Shown: one piece after another, positions 58,721-64,000 of the stretch
How positions within the stretch are numbered: position 1 is the stretch's first letter
Layout: every line of letters starts with the position of its first letter
Assembly (NCBI GenBank): GCA_038250515.1
Contig: JBBSCG010000002.1
Coordinates: forward strand, 4,825-68,824
Reading direction: 5' to 3'
DNA length: 64,000 nt
DNA from: Candidatus Limnocylindria bacterium
GTDB lineage: Bacteria; Chloroflexota; Limnocylindria; QHBO01
The notes under the pieces: generated by a model
What the model saw: the letters and a program-made list of their open reading frames with translations, nothing else
Databases searched by the model: none
Told to the model about the DNA's origin: nothing
Translations under genes and position numbers: made by a program

Positions 58721-59496
58721 TGGTACGCATGCTGCGCGGCGGACGGGCCAGCCAGGTGCTCGCTCGCATCGACCGATTCGAGTTGGTTGGTCTGTCGGTC
58801 CTGCTTGCGGTGCTGTGCGCGGTCGGCTGGCTGGTGAGCCCCTTCTGGCTGGCGGTCACGGTCGCGGTGCAGCTGGCCACGGCTGGCGCGGGGGCGGTGC
58901 GCTTGATCGGTCCCGCTCGGCCAGGGCTCGGCTTTGCGCGGTACGCCACGCCTGCCATGGCGGCCGTATCGCTGACGTTGTTCGGCCGGCTCATTCCGGG
59001 CGGAACGGCGCTCCTCTTGACGCCGGTCGCCGCGGTCCTGTTGTGGTCGGTCCTGTGGCTGGAGCTGCGCGCGTCGCGTGGCGTCGGTGCGCGATGGATG
59101 CTCGACCTCGCCCAGGTTGGCATCCTGTTCCTGGCCGCATCGGGGATCTGGCACCTGTTCGGCAGTGACGCATGGCCGCCTCCACTCGTGCTCATCATGC
59201 TGCTCGCCTTCGTGTTGGCGCTGCGCGCCGCCGAAGGTCGCGGCCGCACAGGCATCGAGGCCGTGGGCCAGGCCAGTTTGCACGTGCTCGCGACCGGACA
59301 GATTGGAGCAGCGCTGATCCTGCTGCATCTCCCCGGCGTGGTAGGTCCGGCCGTGGTCGCCGCCGTCTTCCACGCGTGGGGCGGCGCGCTCGAGTCATTC
59401 GAGGAAGGTGCTTCGTTGCGCGGGATTGCGTTCGAGTTCGGGTCGCTCGGCGTTCTCGGCGTCGTCGTGGCATTCCTCCTGCATCAGGCCGCCTAG
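58717..59496 (+). CDS. hypothetical polytopic membrane protein
   Basis: 259 aa with about 7 hydrophobic segments. ATGA overlap with the polX stop. Confidence 0.6.
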   Translation: MMVRMLRGGRASQVLARIDRFELVGLSVLLAVLCAVGWLVSPFWLAVTVAVQLATAGAGAVRLIGPARPGLGFARYATPAMAAVSLTLFGRLIPGGTALLLTPVAAVLLWSVLWLELRASRGVGARWMLDLAQVGILFLAASGIWHLFGSDAWPPPLVLIMLLAFVLALRAAEGRGRTGIEAVGQASLHVLATGQIGAALILLHLPGVVGPAVVAAVFHAWGGALESFEEGASLRGIAFEFGSLGVLGVVVAFLLHQAA

Positions 59497-59538
59497 CCGT
59501 CCACGCAGCGCGCGGGCATCACCTCTGCGGCGGTCGCG

Positions 59539-59567
59539 TTGACACCGTGCAGGCCCGGTGCTACAAC
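59539..59567 (+). promoter_or_regulatory. candidate promoter TTGACA-17 nt-TACAAC
   Basis: Perfect -35 hexamer at 59539-59544 and a -10-like TACAAC at 59562-59567, about 75 nt upstream of the 59644 ORF. Confidence 0.3.
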
Positions 59568-59643
59568 AACGCTCGCTTCGCCCGGTTCGCCGCGCCAAGG
59601 GCATTCCTGTGAGTAACCCACCGACTGGAGACGTCAGATACCG

Positions 59644-60498
59644 ATGACGCTCAGTGAGATCGACACCATCAACCGTCAGCGTCGCCAACTGGGCGAAGCC
59701 GCGATCGGCCATGCCACCCGTGGCGACTGGGAGGCGGCCGTTGACGCCAATCGCGAGCTCCTGGAGCTCGGGCCGGATACCGATGCGTACAACCGGCTGG
59801 GCAAGGCCTTGGCCGAGCTCGGACGGGACGAGGAGGCGCTGGAAACCTACGAGCAGGCGCTCGCCCGTGACGGCACCAACCGCATCGCCGAGCGCAACGT
59901 CGATCGGCTGCGCGTCGTGGTCGCGAGTCTCTCCGGAACAGCGCGTAACGGCGGACGCCGCCAGAAGGCCAGGAATGCTAAGCCGGAGAAGGCTTCCGCC
60001 GCCCACTTCATCGAGGAGATGGGCAAGACCGGCCATGCCCGGCTGGTCAACGTCGCGGCGCCTCGCGTGCTTGCGCCGCTGTCGCCCGGTGACGCGGTGC
60101 AGCTCGAGGTCGATGGCGACCAGTTGGCTGCACGCGTCGGCGATGCGGAGCTCGGGCAGGTCGAGCCGCGTGTCGGTGTGCGCCTGGTCAAGCTCATCGC
60201 CGGCGGCAACCGCTACGAAGCTGCGATCACGGTTCTGCAGAGCGACGACGCGCGCATCATCATTCGCGAAGTCTTCGGTCATGCAGCGAACTTCGGGAAG
60301 GTTTCCTTCCCGGGAACGACCGCGCCTCGCCCGGGTGACGTTCGGCCGTACATGAAAGGCACCGCCGTCCGCTACGATGACGACGAGGAGAGCGAAGAGC
60401 CCGACGAAGAGTCCGAGGAGGTCGAGGAGCTCGACACCACGCTTCCGGAATTCTCAGCCGAGCCCGAGCTCGAGGAAGAGCTGCTCGAAGAATCGTAG
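59644..60498 (+). CDS. TPR-containing protein with central beta-rich domain and polyacidic C-terminal tail
   Basis: N-terminal TPR-like repeat (AYNRLGKALAELGRDEEALETYEQALARD). A basic linker. A central region GDAVQLEVDGDQLAARV...GNRYEAAITVL. The last ~45 aa are mostly D/E (DDDEESEEPDEESEEVEELD...). Confidence 0.7.
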   Translation: MTLSEIDTINRQRRQLGEAAIGHATRGDWEAAVDANRELLELGPDTDAYNRLGKALAELGRDEEALETYEQALARDGTNRIAERNVDRLRVVVASLSGTARNGGRRQKARNAKPEKASAAHFIEEMGKTGHARLVNVAAPRVLAPLSPGDAVQLEVDGDQLAARVGDAELGQVEPRVGVRLVKLIAGGNRYEAAITVLQSDDARIIIREVFGHAANFGKVSFPGTTAPRPGDVRPYMKGTAVRYDDDEESEEPDEESEEVEELDTTLPEFSAEPELEEELLEES

Positions 60499-60504
60499 GA
60501 GCCG

Positions 60505-63318
60505 ATGCGCGAGGCTGATCGGAACCGACTGGACCATGTCGTTCTTCCTCGCCGCCTCCCGGGCCTCGCGCTGCTCGAGCGCTACTTTCCGTCACCGGCA
60601 GACAACCTGCTCGATGCCGAGCTGAGCGCATTTGCCCGCCCCGGCGACACCGTGCTGGATCCGTGGGCCGGTACCGGCTGGACGGCGCGTCGGGCGACGG
60701 CCCACTCGATGCGCGCGGTGGCGGCCGATCCGAGCCCGTTCGCGCAGCTGGCCGCCCAGGCTTTCCTGCTCGCGCCTGACCCCGGCGCGATCGACGCGGC
60801 ATTCGCCCAGCTGGCAGGGTCACGCCGTGTGGACGTGCCGCTCAAGCAGCATATCGAGGAGCTGTACGCCACGCGCTGCGCGACCTGCCGGCGGCCCGTC
60901 GTGGGCGACCAGTTCATCTGGCCGCGTGATGCGGATGCGCCCGGTCGTAAGATCTATCGCTGCACGAACTGCGAGATCGGCGTCGGCCGGGGTGATGAGC
61001 GAGTTGCCCCGGTCGATGCCGGGGACCTCGCGAAGCTGGGTATCGACCGTCCGGCCGACGCAGGCGACGAGCCGATCACTGATCCATCGGCCGATGCCGA
61101 TGACGATCTGCCGCCGGCCCCCACTGGACTCACGGCGCAGTCCGTCCCCGGCGGGCGCGACGCAACGTTGGGTGAGCCAGGTGGTCCACCGCCGCCCACG
61201 ATGGCACGTCCCGACCCGCCACTGCGAGGGGGGCCCGACGCAGGACCGCGCTGGGCCTCCACCGTGCGCCCCGAAGCGGTAACCGGCCCGACCGCTGACG
61301 TTCAGCACGGTCAGCACTATCAACAGCTGCGTGACCGATTCCCGGTGCTGGACGGGCACGACGAACTGATCGACGAGCTGCTCGATCTGTACACGCCGCG
61401 CAACATCTACGCACTGCAGACGATCGCCAGCAAGATCGACGCCGAGTTTCGTTCGCAGCCGATGGCGGCCATCCTGCGCCTTGCCCTCGCCGCCTGCCTG
61501 CTGCCAGCCAGCCGCCTGAACGGCTATCCCGGGCGCGTGGCGTCGCTGCGCATCGCCAATGGACACGTGCGCCAGCCGGCCTCCCGCTACCAGCGTGAGG
61601 TGAACGTGTGGCAGCTGTTCGAGGCGGCAGTCGGCGACGTGCGTACTGCTCTGGGGGCGATCGCTGCTGATCGACGCCCCGCGCGCTTCGCGGCCGATTT
61701 CGCCGAGTTGGGCAGCGTCTCGGCAGCCAACGTACTGTGGGTTCGCTGCCGGCCGGCGGTGGTCCGCCAGTATCTGCCGCTCGAGAGCATCGACCTGGTG
61801 CTCGGCTCGGTCGGCGCTCCGGCCAGCGTCGACGAGCTGAGCTTCGAGTACCTGGCCACGGCCTGGCTGATGGGGCGCGAGGCGGCCGAGACGCTGCGGC
61901 TCGAGCCGTTGTTCGGCGCTCCCATCGGTCGCACCGAGGGAGCTGAGGCGGCCGCACTGCGACACGCTCTCTCCTCAGCCGCCGGGGTGCTGAAGCCGGA
62001 CGGCTGGTTCAATGTGCTGCTCGATGGCGATGACGCGGACCGCATGTCGAGCGTGGCCGTTGCGGGCGCCGCGGCCGGCCTGGAGCTCGTGGATGTCATC
62101 GTCCGCGAATCGCGTAGATCGGGGGACGGCGTCTCAATTCACTTCCGCAAGCCGTCGGCAGAGGATCGGCTGCGCGACGCGGTGCAGCCCCGACCGCTGC
62201 GACTGGGCGCGAAGGGGGAACGGCTGACCTATCCGGAGCTTGCTGCGGCCATGGAGGCGGCGCTGCTCGGCCTGCTGCGCGACCGCGGCGAGCCGGCCGG
62301 GCTGAGCCGGCTGGCGGCAGCGGTCCTTCTCGAGATGCAGCGCACCGGCCTGCTGCGCCGCGTCGCCGTGCTGCGAGGCCGCACCGAGCAGTCGAGCGAC
62401 GAGCAGCCGGCCGACACGGATGAGCGTCTCGAGTGCGGCGGACCAGCCCTGCTCTCGATGCTGCTGCGCGAGGAGCTGTGGCGCGAGGACCACCCCTCGC
62501 TGCTGCGGATGGGCGACCCCGAGCGGCCGTTATGGTGGCTGCGCGAACCCGAGCTCGCCGAGTCGCCGCTGGCCGACCGGGTCGAGTGGGCAACCTTCTC
62601 GATCCTCTCGACGGCGGGAAGGCTTGACGAGGCGGCCTTCCTGGATCGCATCTACGCGCTCTTCCCCGGGCTGGCCGCGCCGGACGAGGAGCTGGTGCGC
62701 GCGTGCCTCGGCGCGTACGCGACGGTCACCGAGCGCGGGCAGCTGCGCACCGAAGACGAACTGTCGCGGCGTCTCGATGAGCACGGCCGCGTGATCGCCA
62801 CACTGGCCGACTACGGGCATCGGCTCGGGCTGCGGGTCTGGATCAGCAAACGCGAGCAGTCGCGAGTGTTGGACGGCGGCGTGCTCGGCGATCGGCTGCT
62901 CGACGAGGAGCGTCGGGCGTACCTGCCGCTCGTGCTGCGCGCCCCAGCCGATGCCCTCGGTGCCGTTGACGCGATGTGGTATGTCCGCGGGCGGATGACC
63001 TTCCTGTTCGAGGTGGAGTGGACCGCGATGGTCGGCGAGGCGGTGCTGCGACGAGGGCGGCAGATCCCGGCCGGCGAGCAGCAGGCGAGGTTCCTGGTGA
63101 TCCCTGCCGAGCGTGGCGAGCTGCTGCGGCTCAAGCTCGAGCGCTCGCCGTGGCTGCGCGCCGAGATGGAACGCCAGAACTGGCATGTCCTGAAGTGGCA
63201 GCACCTCGATGCGCTTGCCGGCCGCGAGGGCGCCAGCCTCGACTGGCTGGAGCCGGTGCTCGGCCTCGATCCGCTGATCGAGCGCGGCGGCGAGCAATTG
63301 ACGATCTTTGGCGAATAG
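60505..63318 (+). CDS. 937-aa multidomain protein: methyltransferase-like core with degenerate catalytic motif, CxxC...CxxC zinc ribbon, Pro-rich linker, helical middle, nuclease-like C-terminus
   Basis: GDTVLDPWAGTGWTARRA resembles MTase motif I. CATC...CTNC forms a zinc ribbon. IDLVLGSVGAP occupies the position of the (D/N)PPY motif. LKPDGWFNVLL follows. The C-terminus carries AVDAMWY...FLFEVEWT...RFLVIP. Confidence 0.75.
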   Translation: MREADRNRLDHVVLPRRLPGLALLERYFPSPADNLLDAELSAFARPGDTVLDPWAGTGWTARRATAHSMRAVAADPSPFAQLAAQAFLLAPDPGAIDAAFAQLAGSRRVDVPLKQHIEELYATRCATCRRPVVGDQFIWPRDADAPGRKIYRCTNCEIGVGRGDERVAPVDAGDLAKLGIDRPADAGDEPITDPSADADDDLPPAPTGLTAQSVPGGRDATLGEPGGPPPPTMARPDPPLRGGPDAGPRWASTVRPEAVTGPTADVQHGQHYQQLRDRFPVLDGHDELIDELLDLYTPRNIYALQTIASKIDAEFRSQPMAAILRLALAACLLPASRLNGYPGRVASLRIANGHVRQPASRYQREVNVWQLFEAAVGDVRTALGAIAADRRPARFAADFAELGSVSAANVLWVRCRPAVVRQYLPLESIDLVLGSVGAPASVDELSFEYLATAWLMGREAAETLRLEPLFGAPIGRTEGAEAAALRHALSSAAGVLKPDGWFNVLLDGDDADRMSSVAVAGAAAGLELVDVIVRESRRSGDGVSIHFRKPSAEDRLRDAVQPRPLRLGAKGERLTYPELAAAMEAALLGLLRDRGEPAGLSRLAAAVLLEMQRTGLLRRVAVLRGRTEQSSDEQPADTDERLECGGPALLSMLLREELWREDHPSLLRMGDPERPLWWLREPELAESPLADRVEWATFSILSTAGRLDEAAFLDRIYALFPGLAAPDEELVRACLGAYATVTERGQLRTEDELSRRLDEHGRVIATLADYGHRLGLRVWISKREQSRVLDGGVLGDRLLDEERRAYLPLVLRAPADALGAVDAMWYVRGRMTFLFEVEWTAMVGEAVLRRGRQIPAGEQQARFLVIPAERGELLRLKLERSPWLRAEMERQNWHVLKWQHLDALAGREGASLDWLEPVLGLDPLIERGGEQLTIFGE

Positions 63319-63386
63319 CGGGCAAGCGATCGGCCTCGACTTGACGCAAATCGCTACACTCCATCCGGGAGTGCTGTGGTTCCCCC

Positions 63387-63731
63387 CTACGGCACTCCCG
63401 CTTCGCCCTCAGTCGCGTCGGGTTCAGGCCGGACTCGACGGCGCCCGACCGCCCGCCGCACGACCGTCATCACCTCGTCGACGTACGGTTGTCCCTGGCC
63501 CGTTTCAACGGCATGTACCAGGCAGCCCTCGATGTGATCCTCGAGCAGCAGGAGGGCCACCTGGTCGGCCGCCGCGGTCAGTGCCTCGACCTGTTGCAGT
63601 ACGTCCAGGCAGTACGCCTCTTCGGTGACGAGCCGCTGAATACCGCGGGCCTGGCCCTCGACCCGCTTCAGCCGGTTGACAAGCAGGCGTCGATCTTTGG
63701 AGTAGGCGTGGCGAAAGTGTGCTGGTTCCAT
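63387..63731 (-). CDS. csoR: CsoR/RcnR-family metal-sensing repressor
   Basis: LVNRLKRVEGQARGIQRLV, with Cys...His-x3-Cys ligands (AYCLD, DHIEGC). Confidence 0.85.
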   Translation of the reverse strand: MEPAHFRHAYSKDRRLLVNRLKRVEGQARGIQRLVTEEAYCLDVLQQVEALTAAADQVALLLLEDHIEGCLVHAVETGQGQPYVDEVMTVVRRAVGRRRVRPEPDATEGEAGVP

Positions 63732-63818
63732 ACTGCGGGTGAGTATGTGGCGTCGTGTCGGCAGCGGTCAATCGGCGCCGCCGCCGCATCGGTCCATTCG
63801 CGGTAGCATGCCTTTCAT

Positions 63819-64000
63819 ATGAGTCCGATCGAGAAGCATGAGCTGATCAGCCCACTCGAGCGCGCGCTCGTGGTGATCAGCCATCCCGACGATGCCGAAT
63901 TCGGCGCGGCCGCCACGATTGCAGCCCTGACGCGGGGTGGCGTGCGGGTCGATTACGTGCTGACCACCGATGGCGGCAAGGGCACCGACGATCCGGCGGT
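63819..64000 (+). CDS. PIG-L/LmbE-family deacetylase (5' fragment, runs off window)
   Basis: My own translation: MSPIEKHELISPLERALVVISHPDDAEFGAAATIAAL..., with the typical (A/S)HPDD(E/A) motif. Confidence 0.7.
   Translation, partial: MSPIEKHELISPLERALVVISHPDDAEFGAAATIAALTRGGVRVDYVLTTDGGKGTDDPA

Noticed and set aside
59395-60282. 295-aa minus-strand ORF
   Set aside because: Antisense to the TPR/acidic-tail gene and to the end of the membrane protein gene. No motifs. The plus-strand gene has a promoter, a Shine-Dalgarno-like GGAG and a coherent domain structure.
61198-61215. PDPPL in the 937-aa protein as methyltransferase motif IV (DPPY-like)
   Set aside because: It sits inside a Pro-rich low-complexity linker and is not preceded by the hydrophobic beta strand expected for motif IV. 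The structurally appropriate position is IDLVLGSVGAP, further downstream.

Overview
High-GC (roughly two-thirds G+C by eye), densely coding bacterial chromosomal segment. Adjacent genes are very often translationally coupled through ATGA/GTGA/TGATG overlaps. Phylum cannot be fixed from the sequence. Gene content (yqeY-pgpH-ybeY, Ni-SOD with its protease, PolX-PHP, ECF sigma factors) fits a Chloroflexota/Thermomicrobia-like or deep Actinomycetota-like organism. Core content: yqeY-pgpH-ybeY, amt, pth-mfd, an M50/CBS protease, acnA, a SAM-cycle block (apt, GNAT, ahcY, metK), proC, a GDP-mannose block (manC, DUF374, PGM/PMM, PGI/PMI), a cobalamin riboswitch with a btuFCD-like importer, an AI-2E transporter, trpS, birA, an ECF sigma pair, a ~9.4 kb coupled acc/fab super-operon, sodN-sodX, deoC, a DsbA-like gene, ECF sigma-ogt, two ALDH genes, an NRAMP plus MgtE-sensor pair, a CGNR zinc-finger gene, PolX, CsoR and a PIG-L fragment. 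The one clear accessory element is a 4816-bp IS1-family cargo-carrying insertion sequence (14376-19191). It has perfect 19-bp terminal inverted repeats and an 8-bp target duplication, and sits exactly on the acnA stop codon. Its cargo is a methyltransferase-Mrr fusion, a three-gene toxin-antitoxin-like cassette, a tRNA-like element and two unknown genes. Most unusual candidates: (1) a two-gene operon (59644-63318) encoding a TPR/acidic-tail protein and a 937-aa protein with a degenerate methyltransferase core, a Zn ribbon and a nuclease-like C-terminus; (2) an NRAMP with Mg-type (NRMT-like) site substitutions, coupled to a membrane-less MgtE sensor protein behind a long structured leader; (3) a lysine-less BCCP paralogue inside the acc/fab operon; (4) an 11-16 nt motif TAGACCGATGC found at four gene junctions; (5) a tandem GTAACC-N-ACAAGTTAC operator overlapping a consensus promoter for two tiny ORFs. 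No rRNA, intact tRNA or CRISPR array was seen. Many long ORFs in the track are antisense GC artefacts.
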